DNA of 64,000 bases, from positions 3,264,001 to 3,328,000 of the forward strand of contig OY970192.1 in the NCBI GenBank assembly GCA_963708135.1, in the 5' to 3' direction. Within the stretch, counting starts at the first letter, position 1, and every line of letters begins with the position of its first letter. A program made the position numbers and the translations under genes. Below the pieces are notes generated by a model. It searched no databases. It saw only the letters and a list, made by a program, of their open reading frames with translations, and was not told the origin of the DNA. Origin of the DNA: an uncultured Gemmatimonadales bacterium (GTDB taxonomy: Bacteria; Gemmatimonadota; Gemmatimonadetes; Longimicrobiales; RSA9). Shown here in pieces: positions 47,391 to 57,342 of the stretch.

Positions 47391-48001
47391 TTCCCCCCCA
47401 GCAGCGCGGTGGCCGGAAAGAGCAGGCTCTCGCGCAGCACGTACCGCCAGCGTATCCCCGGCGCCGCCTCGATCCGGCTCGTGGGCGTGGCCGCCGCGTA
47501 CGGCAGCAGCCCCGCCCGCAGCGCGAGCAGCTCGGCGCGGAGCATGTGGAACGGATCGCTCACCAGCAGCACCCGGCGCAGGCCGAGGGCCCGCAGGAGC
47601 GCCGCCGCGTCCACCACCGACTGCGCCGAGGTGACCCCGCGCCGCTCCACCAGGATCGCGCCCTCCGGCACGCCCGCCGCGCGCGCGTAGCGCCGGCCGA
47701 CCTCGGCTTCGCTCAGCGTGTCGTGGCGGCCGACGCCGCCGGTCAGGAGCAGGCGGGGCGCCCAGCCGGCGCGGTAGAGCGCGATGCCGTGGTCGAGCCG
47801 GGCCTTGAGCACCGGCGACGGGTGGCCGTTGTACTGCGCGGCGCCGAGGACGAGGATGGCGTCGGCCCGGCGGGGGGCGCGCGGCAGGCCGGCCAGCAGG
47901 ACGAGGCCCAGCGTCGCCAGCCAGAGCGTGGCCACGCAGGCCGCGGTCAGCAGCGCGATCCGCACGGCGGAGTGCCGGGCGCCGGGCGGCGCGGCGTGCA
48001 C
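47387..48001 (-). CDS. YdcF/DUF218 (SanA/ElyC-like) protein
   Basis: ADAILVLGAA..SPVLKARLD, TGG, SEA, VSDPFHMLRA, RE. Confidence 0.88.
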   Translation of the reverse strand: MHAAPPGARHSAVRIALLTAACVATLWLATLGLVLLAGLPRAPRRADAILVLGAAQYNGHPSPVLKARLDHGIALYRAGWAPRLLLTGGVGRHDTLSEAEVGRRYARAAGVPEGAILVERRGVTSAQSVVDAAALLRALGLRRVLLVSDPFHMLRAELLALRAGLLPYAAATPTSRIEAAPGIRWRYVLRESLLFPATALLGGK

Positions 48002-48023
48002 GGATCCATTCCCCGGCCGGCCA

Positions 48024-48866
48024 TCAGAGCGGCTGCGTCAGCCGCTCGTGGAGGATGGACGGGCCGATCTCCTCGCGCAGCATGGCCGCGGCGGCCTCGG
48101 GCCCGGAGAGGATGCGCTCGTCCGCCTCGCGCCACATCTCGACATCGCTCCCCTCGACGGCGTACTCGGCGCGCGCGAGCGCGGTCTGCGCCGCCTCGTC
48201 CCATCCCTGCGCCGCGGCGGCCAGCGCGGCCAGGAGCTGCGCCTCCGCGTCGTCGGCGCGGGTCTCCGAGGCCTCCACGAGCATCTCGGCCGCCTCCTCC
48301 GCGCGGCCGAGGTCGACGTAGACGAGGCCGAGCAGCACGCGCGTCCACGAGTCGTCGGGCGCCAGCGCGAGCGTGGTTTCCATCTCGTCCGCCCCGCCGG
48401 CAAGGTCGCCCTTGAGCGCCAGCGCCACGGCCAGCTCGCCGTGCACCACCGGGTCGTCCGGCTCCAGCCTGACCGCCGCGCGCAGGTGCTCCAGCGCGTC
48501 GTCGAAGAGCCCCTCCCGCGCCAGGTACGCCCCGTACTGGAGGCGAGTGATGGCCAGCTCGGGCCCCGCGAGCGCCGCCGCCCGCAGCGTCGGCTCGGCA
48601 TCCGGGTCGTCGAAGGCCGCCAGCCCCGCGCCGGCCACCGCCAGCAGCTGCGGGTCCGCCGGAGCCTGCGCCACGGCGCTCTTGAAGTACTCGTACGCCG
48701 CGCCGTCGTTGCCGACCTCGCGCTCCGCCACGCCGAGCCAGACGAGCAGGTAGGGCTCGTCGGGATGGTTCTGGAGCTCGCCCGCGAGCAGGCGGGCCAT
48801 CTCCTCCCAGCGCCCCTCGTCGCCCAGCGCCAGCGCCTCCTTCAGTACGGCCTCGAGATCCGCCAT
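48024..48866 (-). CDS. Tetratricopeptide repeat protein
   Basis: Repeated TPR-like helices ending in ..AP.D motifs. Confidence 0.85.
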   Translation of the reverse strand: MADLEAVLKEALALGDEGRWEEMARLLAGELQNHPDEPYLLVWLGVAEREVGNDGAAYEYFKSAVAQAPADPQLLAVAGAGLAAFDDPDAEPTLRAAALAGPELAITRLQYGAYLAREGLFDDALEHLRAAVRLEPDDPVVHGELAVALALKGDLAGGADEMETTLALAPDDSWTRVLLGLVYVDLGRAEEAAEMLVEASETRADDAEAQLLAALAAAAQGWDEAAQTALARAEYAVEGSDVEMWREADERILSGPEAAAAMLREEIGPSILHERLTQPL

Positions 48867-48876
48867 GGGCCGCTCC

Positions 48877-50085
48877 TCAGGCGCCGAACTTGGCCAGGCG
48901 GCCCGCGTGCGCGAGCGCCAGCGTCATGAGGTGCATGGAGCGGAAGATGCCGAGCTCCCCCCGCCGGCACGCGGTCTCGCCGAAGCCGTCCTGCCCGCGC
49001 GAGCGCGTCCAGCGCGAGGCGAGCAGCAGCGGCACCGGGTGCCACGAGTGCGAGCGCATCGGTGCCGGCGTCGAATGGTCGCCCGTCACCACCAGCACGT
49101 CCGGCTCGAGCGCCGTGATCCCCGGCAGCAGGGCGTCCACCCCCTCGATCGCCGCCGACTTCGCCGGCGCATCCCCGTCCTCGCCTCGCGAGTCGATCGC
49201 CTTGAAGTGCAGGAAGAAGAAGTCGTAGTCGTTCCAGCGCTCGGCGAGCGCCTCGACGATGGCCGCATCGGACGCCGGCGGCGGCTGGATGTCCATCCCG
49301 ACCAGCCGCGCCACGCCCCGGTACATCGGGTAGCGGGCGATGGCCAGCGAGCGCAGCTGGTAGCGCTCCGCGAAGAGCGGGTAGCGCTCGTACGCGGCGA
49401 ACCCGCGCGCGAGCAGCGCGTTCGCCCGCGGCTCGTCCTGGAGCACCCGGCGCGCCTCGTCCAGGATCGACTGCACGAGCCCGCCCGAGCGGACCGCGTC
49501 GCCCGAGAGCGCGCGCACCGGCAGCGGCGGCACCCCCGTCTCCTGCGGGTCCGTGTCCGCCAGCTCCGCCGACAGCCCCGGGCCGCGCACCACCAGCACC
49601 GCGCGGTGCTCCTTCTCCGGCTCGAAGAAGACCTCGACCCCCTCCGGCGCCTCGACCCCCTCGCTCAGCCTGGAGACCAGCCGCCGGTTCTCCGCGTCCG
49701 AGGGGCGACCGGCCCGCCGATCCACGATGTTTCCGTCCTCGTCCAGCGTGGCGAAGTTCAGCCGCACCGCGATGTCGCCGTGCCTGAGATCGAAGCCGAC
49801 GCCCAGCGCCGACAACACCCCCCGTCCGATGTTCCAGCGGATCGGATCGTAGCCGAAGAGCGCCAGGTGCCCCGGCCCGCTCCCGGGCGTGACCCCCGGC
49901 CCCACCGGCTCGATCAGCCCCAGCGCCGCGCGCTCCGCCAGCGCGTCCAGGTTCGGCGACTCCGCCGCCTCCAGCTCCGTCTTCCCGCTCGCCGGGTCCG
50001 GCAGTCCGCCGAGCCCATCCATCACCAGGTACACGATCTTCGTGGTCCCCCGCTCGACCAGATCGTCCGGTATCGTGATCGCCAT
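48877..50085 (-). CDS. apgM: 2,3-bisphosphoglycerate-independent phosphoglycerate mutase (archaeal/ApgM type)
   Basis: VMDGLGG, PGSGPGHLALFGYD, VTGDHSTP, HSWHPVP. Confidence 0.9.
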   Translation of the reverse strand: MAITIPDDLVERGTTKIVYLVMDGLGGLPDPASGKTELEAAESPNLDALAERAALGLIEPVGPGVTPGSGPGHLALFGYDPIRWNIGRGVLSALGVGFDLRHGDIAVRLNFATLDEDGNIVDRRAGRPSDAENRRLVSRLSEGVEAPEGVEVFFEPEKEHRAVLVVRGPGLSAELADTDPQETGVPPLPVRALSGDAVRSGGLVQSILDEARRVLQDEPRANALLARGFAAYERYPLFAERYQLRSLAIARYPMYRGVARLVGMDIQPPPASDAAIVEALAERWNDYDFFFLHFKAIDSRGEDGDAPAKSAAIEGVDALLPGITALEPDVLVVTGDHSTPAPMRSHSWHPVPLLLASRWTRSRGQDGFGETACRRGELGIFRSMHLMTLALAHAGRLAKFGA

Positions 50086-50234
50086 GCGCTTGCCTCTCCC
50101 CTGCTGACTCTCTGCCACCCGTTGTGCGCGCAACCTACCCGGGCGACGGTGCGGCCGCTACTGGCCGGGTGATCGCGAGCGCACTCCCGCGCGGGGCTCT
50201 CTCGGGCGCGCGCACATCGCGCGCCGAGACGGCC

Positions 50235-50505
50235 GGAGTGGGGGCGTGGGAGAGTGGGGGACGGGGCGGCTCCGGAGGCGCACCGCGCGCCGCCCGGACC
50301 CGAAAGCGGTCCGCGGCGTACGCGCGTTCGGCGGACGGCGACGCTGGCGCGCGCGGGTTCCGCGGACGGCGGCGCGGCGCGCGTGTTCCGGACGATGCCG
50401 ACGCCGGCGCCGGACCCGCGCGCGCCGCGCACGGCGCCGCGCCCGGAAAAGCCCGAGGGACGCCGCGAAGCCGGCCGCATCCCCCACTCCCCCACTCTCC
50501 CACTC
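50235..50505. repeat. Inverted pair of octamer-type repeats (GGGAGAGT / ACTCTCCC)
   Basis: 50235-50261 GGAGTGGGGGCGTGGGAGAGTGGGGGA versus 50480-50505 TCCCCCACTCCCCCACTCTCCCACTC. Confidence 0.8.
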
Positions 50506-50562
50506 TCGGGACAATCCCGCTACCTTCCCGCCAGCGACCACCTCCAGCCGGAGAATGCCGAC

Positions 50563-51681
50563 ATGGGTCCGTTCAAGCCCTTCGCCATGGAGCGCTGGCA
50601 GTCCACGCACGAGAACCGCGTGGGCTTCAACCTGTCCGAGAGCGGCGTGCATCCGCTCACGCTGCGCGAGCTCCTCGACCTGGCCGGCCAGGCGACCATC
50701 GACGACACGCCGATCGGCTACGGCCAGTCGAACGGCTCCGACACCCTGCGCGAGGAGATCGCGGCCCTCTACCAGGGCGCCACGGAGGCCAACGTCGTGG
50801 TCATGAACGGCAGCGCCGAAGCCAACTTCGCCGCGGTGTGGCAGCTCGTCGAGCCCGGCGACGACGTCGCCATGGTGCTGCCGGCGTACATGCAGACCCA
50901 CGGCCTGGCCGAGATGATCGGCGCCCACGTGCACCCGATCCGGCTGCGCGAGGAAGCCGGCTGGCAGCCGGCCGAGGAGGAGATCGCGGCCGCCATCGTC
51001 GCCGGGACGAAGCTCGTCATCGTGACCAACCCCAGCAATCCGACGGGGGCCGTGCTGTCGATGCAGGCGCGGCGGGCGCTGGTGCAGGCCGCCGCGCGTA
51101 CCGGCGCCTGGATCCTGGCCGACGAGGTCTACACGGGCGCCGAGCTGTCGGGCCCGGAGACGCCCTCGCTGTGGACGGAGTACGACCGCGTCGTCGCCAC
51201 CGGTTCGCTCTCGAAGGCCTACGGCCTCCCCGGGCTGCGGGTCGGCTGGGCCGTGGCCCCGGCCGACATGGCGGCCCGTCTCTGGGCGCGCTCCGATTAC
51301 ACGACCATCTCGACCGGCGCGCTCACCGACCGCCTCGCCACGCTCGCCCTCGACCCGCTCGTCCGCCCCAGGATCCTCGACCGCACGCGCTCCATCCTAA
51401 ACCGCAGCCTGGCCGTGCTCGAGCACTGGATGGAGGAGGCCGGCGTCTTCCGGTACCGCGCCCCCGACGCGGGCGCCATCTGCTGGACCCGCTACGCCCT
51501 GCCCGTGAGCTCCAGCGAGCTGGCCGAGCGGCTGCGCGTCGAGCAGTCCGTCCTGGTCGTGCCCGGCGAGCAGTTCGGCATGGACGGCTACCTGCGCATC
51601 GGCTACGGCCTGCTCGAGGACGACCTGCGCGCCGCGCTCGACCGCGTCCGCACGACCCTCGCCGCCGTTCCCGCGGGATAG
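50563..51681 (+). CDS. PLP-dependent aminotransferase class I/II
   Basis: NPSNPTG, ADEVY, GSLSKAYGLPGLRVGW, LRIGYG. Confidence 0.93.
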   Translation: MGPFKPFAMERWQSTHENRVGFNLSESGVHPLTLRELLDLAGQATIDDTPIGYGQSNGSDTLREEIAALYQGATEANVVVMNGSAEANFAAVWQLVEPGDDVAMVLPAYMQTHGLAEMIGAHVHPIRLREEAGWQPAEEEIAAAIVAGTKLVIVTNPSNPTGAVLSMQARRALVQAAARTGAWILADEVYTGAELSGPETPSLWTEYDRVVATGSLSKAYGLPGLRVGWAVAPADMAARLWARSDYTTISTGALTDRLATLALDPLVRPRILDRTRSILNRSLAVLEHWMEEAGVFRYRAPDAGAICWTRYALPVSSSELAERLRVEQSVLVVPGEQFGMDGYLRIGYGLLEDDLRAALDRVRTTLAAVPAG

Positions 51682-51754
51682 ATTCCCACCCCCCCCGCCC
51701 CCAAGCGAGGCACGTCGCTTGCCACAGAAACGGGTGGCATCGAGGAGGGGGACA

Positions 51755-52618
51755 TTGCGGAGCAACCAACGACGACTCGCCATCCTCGCCGCGGCGCTCT
51801 CCATCGCGCTGGGCGGGGCGGGCGTGAACGCATCGCTGCACGGCGGCTTCCTGGGACGCGCGCTGCACCGCGCGACGCCCCGGCTGCGGCTCGTCGTCAA
51901 CGTGCCGGCGTATAGGCTGGACGTCTACCGGGACGGCAAGCTGGTGGAATTCTTCAACGTGACCATCGGCCGGCCCGGTCACGAGACCCCGCCGGGCAGC
52001 TATCGGATCCGGAAGATCGTGTGGAACCCCTGGTGGCACCCGCCGGACAGCAGGTGGGCGCGCGGGCAGCCGCCGGAACCGCCGGGGCCGCACAACCCGA
52101 TGGGGCGGGTCAAGATGTATTTCAGCGACCTGCTCTACGTGCACGGCACCGCGGATGTAGGCGACATCGCGGAGCCAGCCTCCCACGGCTGCGTCCGGAT
52201 GAAGAACGCGGATGCGATCCGCCTGGCGCGGCTGGTCGAGCGGGCTGGTGCGCCTGGCGCGGTGGACGTGGACCGGCTGCTGGCGCACCCGCAGATGACG
52301 CGGACCGTCCGGCTCGACACGCCGATCCCGCTGGAGGTCAGCTACCGGCTGGCGGAGGTGTGGAAGGGGCGGCTCCAGATCCATCCGGACGTGTACCACC
52401 GCCGCAAGGAGCCGGTGCGGGCGCAGGTGGCGGATGCGCTGGAGGCGCGCGGCTACTCGCTGGACGACATCGACGCGAACCGGCTCGATGCGCTGATCGA
52501 GCGCGCGCGCACGAGCGGTATCTCGGTCCCGCTGGACGAGCTCATCCCCGGGGCGGGGGTGGGCGCGGCGGGGGACGGCGAGCCCGCAGGACCGTCGGGC
52601 GGGCCGTCAGGCTCCTGA
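51755..52618 (+). CDS. L,D-transpeptidase (YkuD family)
   Basis: VNVPAYRL, TPPG, NPWWHPP, PGPHNPMG, HGT...ASHGCVRM; TTG start after GAGGAGG. Confidence 0.9.
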   Translation: MRSNQRRLAILAAALSIALGGAGVNASLHGGFLGRALHRATPRLRLVVNVPAYRLDVYRDGKLVEFFNVTIGRPGHETPPGSYRIRKIVWNPWWHPPDSRWARGQPPEPPGPHNPMGRVKMYFSDLLYVHGTADVGDIAEPASHGCVRMKNADAIRLARLVERAGAPGAVDVDRLLAHPQMTRTVRLDTPIPLEVSYRLAEVWKGRLQIHPDVYHRRKEPVRAQVADALEARGYSLDDIDANRLDALIERARTSGISVPLDELIPGAGVGAAGDGEPAGPSGGPSGS

Positions 52619-52637
52619 GGAAGGGAGAGGAGGCCGG

Positions 52638-53018
52638 ATGGCGAAGATCCTGATCGTGGAGGACAACGCGGACCTGCTCGCGATCCTGCGCGAGCTGCTC
52701 TCGCAGGAGCACGAGGTGCTCGCGGCGCGGCGAGGCGAGGACGCGGTCGAGCTGGCGCGCGCGGAGTCGCCTGATGTGGTGATCCTGGACCTCCAGCTGC
52801 CCGGAATGGACGGCGTCCAGACGGGACGCTGGATCAAGCAGGAGGCGGCGCCCCGGCCGGTGCCGATCCTCGTCCTCACGGCGCTCGCCTCGGAAGGCGA
52901 CCCCGAGCGCGTCCTCGCCTCCGGCTGCTGCGACTCCTACATGGCCAAGCCGGCGTCGCTCCACGCCATCCGCGCGCGGGTGACCTCGCTGCTCGCGACC
53001 ATCGTGGAGGAGCCGTGA
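52638..53018 (+). CDS. Single-domain response regulator
   Basis: ILIVEDN, ILDLQLPGMDG, VLTA, AKP. Confidence 0.92.
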   Translation: MAKILIVEDNADLLAILRELLSQEHEVLAARRGEDAVELARAESPDVVILDLQLPGMDGVQTGRWIKQEAAPRPVPILVLTALASEGDPERVLASGCCDSYMAKPASLHAIRARVTSLLATIVEEP

Positions 53019-54007
53019 GCCTGCCGCGCACCGCGCGGCCACGGCGACTCGGCCTGCTCACGCCCCCCGAGACCACCGGCGGGCTGCAGCCGCGACGCCG
53101 CTACCCGTACGGCGTGGGCGACCGCATCGCCGGGGACCTCACCGTGATCGGCCATCTCGCGCCCGGCCGCCTCGGCCACCTCTACCAGGTGTGGAGCGCC
53201 AGGGACTGGTGCGCCTTCACGTGCAAGATCCTCGCGCCCGAGATGCACGGCGACCGGCCGGCCACCGCCGCCTTCCGCCGCGAGGCCCGGATCCTCTCCC
53301 GGATGCGCCACCCGAACCTGATCCGCAGCTTCGGGGGCGGCGACCACGAGGGGCTGCCCTACATCCTGATGGAGTACGTCGAGGGCCCCTCGCTGTTCGA
53401 GCTGCTCGAGGCACGCCCCGAACGGCGGCTCGGCACCGCGGATGCCGTCCGCATCGCCATCCACATCGGCGCCGGGCTCTACCACCTGCACCGGAACGGC
53501 TGGCTGCACCTCGACCTGAAGCCGGCCAACGTGCTGTTCCGCGATGCGCTGCCCGTTCTCGTCGACTTCGACGCCGCGCGCCCGATCGACCCGGACCGGC
53601 GGCCCAGCGGCCGGCACGGCACCGCGCCCTACATGGCGCCCGAGCAGATCCGCAAGGAGCCGCTCGGCCCCGCGGCCGACGTCTACGGCCTGGGCGCGCT
53701 CCTGTACGAGGCGACCACCGGCCGCTGGCCCTTCGAGGATGTCTACACGGAGAAGGAGCCCCGCTCGGGCGAGGAGCGGCAGCACCCGCAGCTCGCGGGG
53801 ACCGCGCCACCCGCGCCGCGCCGCTTCAACGAGGCGATCTCGCCCGCGCTCGAGGCCGCCATCATGCGCTGCCTCCAGGCCGACCCCGAGGCCCGCTTCC
53901 CCTCCATGCACCCGCTGCTGCTCGCGCTGGCCGACGAGCTCGACGAGCCCGTTGCCCTCTGGCCCGTCCACGTCCGCACCGAGCGCCGCGCCCAGCCACG
54001 GGATTAG
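53015..54007 (+). CDS. Hanks-type Ser/Thr protein kinase (cytoplasmic, stand-alone)
   Basis: CKIL, REARIL..MRHPNL, HLDLKPAN, DFD, GTAPYMAPEQ, DVYGLG. Confidence 0.9.
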   Translation: MSLPRTARPRRLGLLTPPETTGGLQPRRRYPYGVGDRIAGDLTVIGHLAPGRLGHLYQVWSARDWCAFTCKILAPEMHGDRPATAAFRREARILSRMRHPNLIRSFGGGDHEGLPYILMEYVEGPSLFELLEARPERRLGTADAVRIAIHIGAGLYHLHRNGWLHLDLKPANVLFRDALPVLVDFDAARPIDPDRRPSGRHGTAPYMAPEQIRKEPLGPAADVYGLGALLYEATTGRWPFEDVYTEKEPRSGEERQHPQLAGTAPPAPRRFNEAISPALEAAIMRCLQADPEARFPSMHPLLLALADELDEPVALWPVHVRTERRAQPRD

Positions 54008-54131
54008 TGTCGTGGCACCGAAGTCCCGGAACGGGGTGGGCCACCCGCCGCCCGTCCGGGGTATCACCGCGCATCCGGGCCCCGCGCCGTCCGCCCGGCC
54101 GGCGCCGACCCGCCGAATCGAACGAGGAACG

Positions 54132-55211
54132 ATGAACCGCAGCGCCCTTCTCCTGACCGCCTTCACCAGCACCCTGCTCTGCACCGCATGCTCGCGGAGC
54201 CCGCGCGCCGATGCTGCCAGCGCTGGCGCCGCCGCCGCGGCCACGCCGGCACCCGGGGCCGCCGACAGCCCGGCAGCCGCCCCGGCCACGACGCCCGCCG
54301 CCGCCGTGGCGGCACGCGGCGGGCGCGTCGCCTCGAGCGACTCCATCGGCCCGACGACCTCGCTGCCGCCGAACCGGATGGGCCGCATCCCCGTCCTCGA
54401 GTACCACATCATCCGCGACAGCGTGACCGGCCAGTGGGAGCGCCCGCCAGCGCGATTCCGGAAGGACCTCGAGACGCTCTATCAGGACGGCTTCCGGCCG
54501 GTGACGATGTCGGACGTGGTGGACCGCAGGATCGAGCTGCCCGCCGGCACCTCGCCCGTCGTCGTCACCTTCGACGATGCGCCGCCCTCGCAGTTCCGCT
54601 ACCTCGAGAAGGACGGCCGGCTCGTCATCGACCCGACGTCCGCGGTGGGGATCTGGCTCGACTTCTCCGCGTCGCACCCCGGTTGGGGCGACCACGCGGT
54701 GTTCTGCATGCTGCCCGCCGCCGCCGCCGGCCACGCCTTCTTCGGGGACAAGGGGATCCAGGGGCAGAAGAGCGCCTGGCGGCTCCAGAAGGTGCGCTTC
54801 CTGCACGAGAAGGGGTTCGAGCTGTGCAACCACACGCTCTGGCACGCGCAGCTGAACAGGTACTCCGATGCCGTCGTGCAGGAGCAGATCGCGCGCGGCC
54901 AGATGGCGATCGACTCAGCCGTGCCCGGCTACAAGGTGCGCACTTTCGCCCTGCCGCTCGGGGTTTGGCCGAAGAACCGCGCGCTGGCCTGGGCGGGCTC
55001 CTGGACCGACCCGAAGACCGGCCGGACCATCCACTACCACTACGATGCCGTGCTCGAGGTGGCCGGCTCGCCCGACCCCAGCCCATACGCCTCGGGCTTC
55101 GATCCGCACCGGATCCATCGCCAGATCATGACCGGCAACGCCCTCGAGCGCGTGCTCCAGATGCTCGACCGGCCCGGCCCCCAGGGGCGCTACGTGGCAG
55201 GCGACGAGTGA
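54132..55211 (+). CDS. Polysaccharide deacetylase family lipoprotein
   Basis: Lipobox CTAC; PVLEYH, VTFDD, NHTLWH, ALPLG. Confidence 0.85.
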   Translation: MNRSALLLTAFTSTLLCTACSRSPRADAASAGAAAAATPAPGAADSPAAAPATTPAAAVAARGGRVASSDSIGPTTSLPPNRMGRIPVLEYHIIRDSVTGQWERPPARFRKDLETLYQDGFRPVTMSDVVDRRIELPAGTSPVVVTFDDAPPSQFRYLEKDGRLVIDPTSAVGIWLDFSASHPGWGDHAVFCMLPAAAAGHAFFGDKGIQGQKSAWRLQKVRFLHEKGFELCNHTLWHAQLNRYSDAVVQEQIARGQMAIDSAVPGYKVRTFALPLGVWPKNRALAWAGSWTDPKTGRTIHYHYDAVLEVAGSPDPSPYASGFDPHRIHRQIMTGNALERVLQMLDRPGPQGRYVAGDE

Positions 55212-55430
55212 ACGGAGGATTCCGGGCACCGCCCACTGCCGGGCGTGCCTCGACTGCCCGGGTCAGCTTGACACCGGACGCGCTTCGACTGCCGGGCCTG
55301 TCGGATCCATAACAGCTTGTGACGCCTGCGTGCGGTTCCTCCAGGCGGCACCGCTCGCGCCGCAGGTCGCATGATCGGGCCGGCGGCGGCGCGCGCGATG
55401 CCGCCGGCGCCCGGTGCGCCCGCCGCGTGC

Positions 55431-55752
55431 GCGGCGCCGGGTGCACGACTCGCCACTCGTCACTCGGGCGCCTTTCCGCAGGGGGGTCCGACGCGACGAT
55501 CGGGCGGCGCCGGGTGCACGACTCGCCACTCGTCACTCGGGCGCCTTTCCGCAGGGGGGTCCGACGCGACGATCGGGCGGCGCCGGGTGCACGACTCGCC
55601 ACTCGTCACTTGGGCGCTCCGCTGGGGTCCGGCGCGACGTTCAGGCGGCGCCGGGTGCGCAACTCGCCACTCGTCAAACGGGCGTTCCGCTGGGGTCCGA
55701 CGCGACGTTCAGGCGGCGCCGGGTGCGCAACTCGCCACTCGTCAAACGGGCG
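55431..55752. repeat. Tandem array of 68-73-bp units with core GCGGCGCCGGGTGC(A/G)C(G/A)ACTCGCCACTCGTCA
   Basis: Unit starts at 55431, 55504, 55577, 55645 and 55713; units 1 and 2 are identical; degenerate copies continue to about 55894. Confidence 0.9.
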
Positions 55753-56030
55753 CGAGCGGCGGCCGGGTTCTGCACCCCTGGCCAGCAGAAGCCACCACTC
55801 GTCCGGGCGCCGGAAATCGAGCGGCGCCTCAGGCTCGTGGGCCCGTCCCAACCCACCACCCGCTTCCCGATCGGCCCCGAGTGGCGGGTTGTGCCGGCTC
55901 ACGCCGCTGATCCGGCGTACGCCGGGCGATGCGTGGGGACGTGCCAGCCCCTCGGCCTGCCGCCCGGCTCGAGCCTGTGCGCAGAATGCGCGCTCCTCGA
56001 TGCGCGCCTCGGCCTCGGCGGCAACGCCGT

Positions 56031-56365
56031 TCTCCGTTGCCTCCGTTCCCTTCGAGCCCTCGGTTTCAAGGCGGTTCTTGAACCCCGAATCGCCCGGCGG
56101 CCGGAAGACCCCCGCGGCCGGAGACCCCCGCGGCCGGAGACCCCCGCGGCCGGAGACCCCCGGCGGCCGGAAGACCCCTCGCGATCGGAAGGCCCCCGGC
56201 GGTCGGCCCCGGTGGTTGAAAGACCCCCGGCGGGCGGAAGACCCCCGCGATCGGAAGCCCCCCCGGCGCCGACGACCCCCGCGATCGGAAGCCGCCCCGG
56301 CGCCGACGACCCCCCGCGGCCGGAAGGCCCCGGCGGCCGGAAGCCCCCGGCGCCCGAGCGCCCCC
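56031..56365. repeat. 9-mer arm followed by 16-19-bp tandem repeats (CGGCCGGAGACCCCCG and variants)
   Basis: 56031-56069 matches the family at 3576-3614 in reverse; more than 10 degenerate units lie at 56095-56365. Confidence 0.8.
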
Positions 56366-57178
56366 TCAGAACCCCCCGACCACCCAGTAGTAGGCGAGGA
56401 TCACGACCCCGAAGGCGATGCGGTACCACGCGAACCCCCGGAAATCGTGGCTCGCGACGTAGCGGAGCAGCCAGCGCACGACGAAGAGCCCGGAGATGAA
56501 CGCCACGACGAAGCCGACGGCGAAGACGCCGGCGTCGCCGGGGTGCAGGCCGGCGCGGCCCTTGTAGAGGTCGTAGAGCGTGGCCGCGAACATGACGGGG
56601 ATGGCCAGGAAGAAGGAGAACTCGGTGGCGGCGACGCGGGAGCAGCGGAGCACGAGGGCGCCCATGATCGTCGCGCCGGAGCGGGAGACGCCGGGGAAGA
56701 GGGCGAGCACCTGGGCGATGCCGATGCCGAGCGCGGTGCGCGGCCGGATCTCGGCGACGGCCGTGATGGTGGGCGGCGGGCGGTAGCGCTCGACGAGCAG
56801 GATGCCGATCCCGCCCACGATGAGCGCGAGCGCGACGGTGACGGGGTTGAAGAGGTACTCCAGGATTAGGCTGTGGATGGCCAGCCCGACGATGGCAGCG
56901 GGGAGGAAGGCCAGGAACAGGTTCCACAGGAAGAGCCGGTCGCGGGCGCTCCGCATCCAGTGGAGCGCCACGTCCCACAGCATGCGGCGGTAGAACCAGA
57001 CCACGGCCAGGATCGCGCCCAGCTGGATGAAGATGGCGAACGTCTCCGCGCGTGCATCCTCCCAGCCCAGCAGGTGCTCGGCCAGGATCAGGTGCCCCGT
57101 CGAGGACACCGGGATGAACTCCGTGGCGCCCTCGATGAGGCCGAGGATCACGGCCTTCCCGTACAGAAACGGCTCCAT
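56366..57178 (-). CDS. uppP: Undecaprenyl-diphosphate phosphatase
   Basis: GLIEGATEFIPVSSTGHL, IQLGAILAV, PGVSRSGATI, EFSFFLAIP. Confidence 0.95.
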   Translation of the reverse strand: MEPFLYGKAVILGLIEGATEFIPVSSTGHLILAEHLLGWEDARAETFAIFIQLGAILAVVWFYRRMLWDVALHWMRSARDRLFLWNLFLAFLPAAIVGLAIHSLILEYLFNPVTVALALIVGGIGILLVERYRPPPTITAVAEIRPRTALGIGIAQVLALFPGVSRSGATIMGALVLRCSRVAATEFSFFLAIPVMFAATLYDLYKGRAGLHPGDAGVFAVGFVVAFISGLFVVRWLLRYVASHDFRGFAWYRIAFGVVILAYYWVVGGF

Positions 57179-57342
57179 TCGCTCTCCCGTTCGGGGCTCG
57201 CGCCGGCGGCATGCAAGGGACCTGCCGCCGGGCGGTGGCGGCCGCAATGTCGCGGCCGTCCCGGCGTCGCGCCAGCGGGGCCGCCCTTGCACGCCGGCCC
57301 GGCTCCCGGCCATCTTGGCCGTATTCCCCGCGGGAGGTTCCC

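Noticed and set aside
55431..55752. Possible CRISPR array
   Set aside because: The spacers are near-identical to each other, the repeats drift, and there is no cas gene or AT-rich leader.
55319..56869. Long plus-strand ORFs over the 55.3-56.4 kb repeats
   Set aside because: They are repeat-derived and antisense to uppP, with no coding signal.
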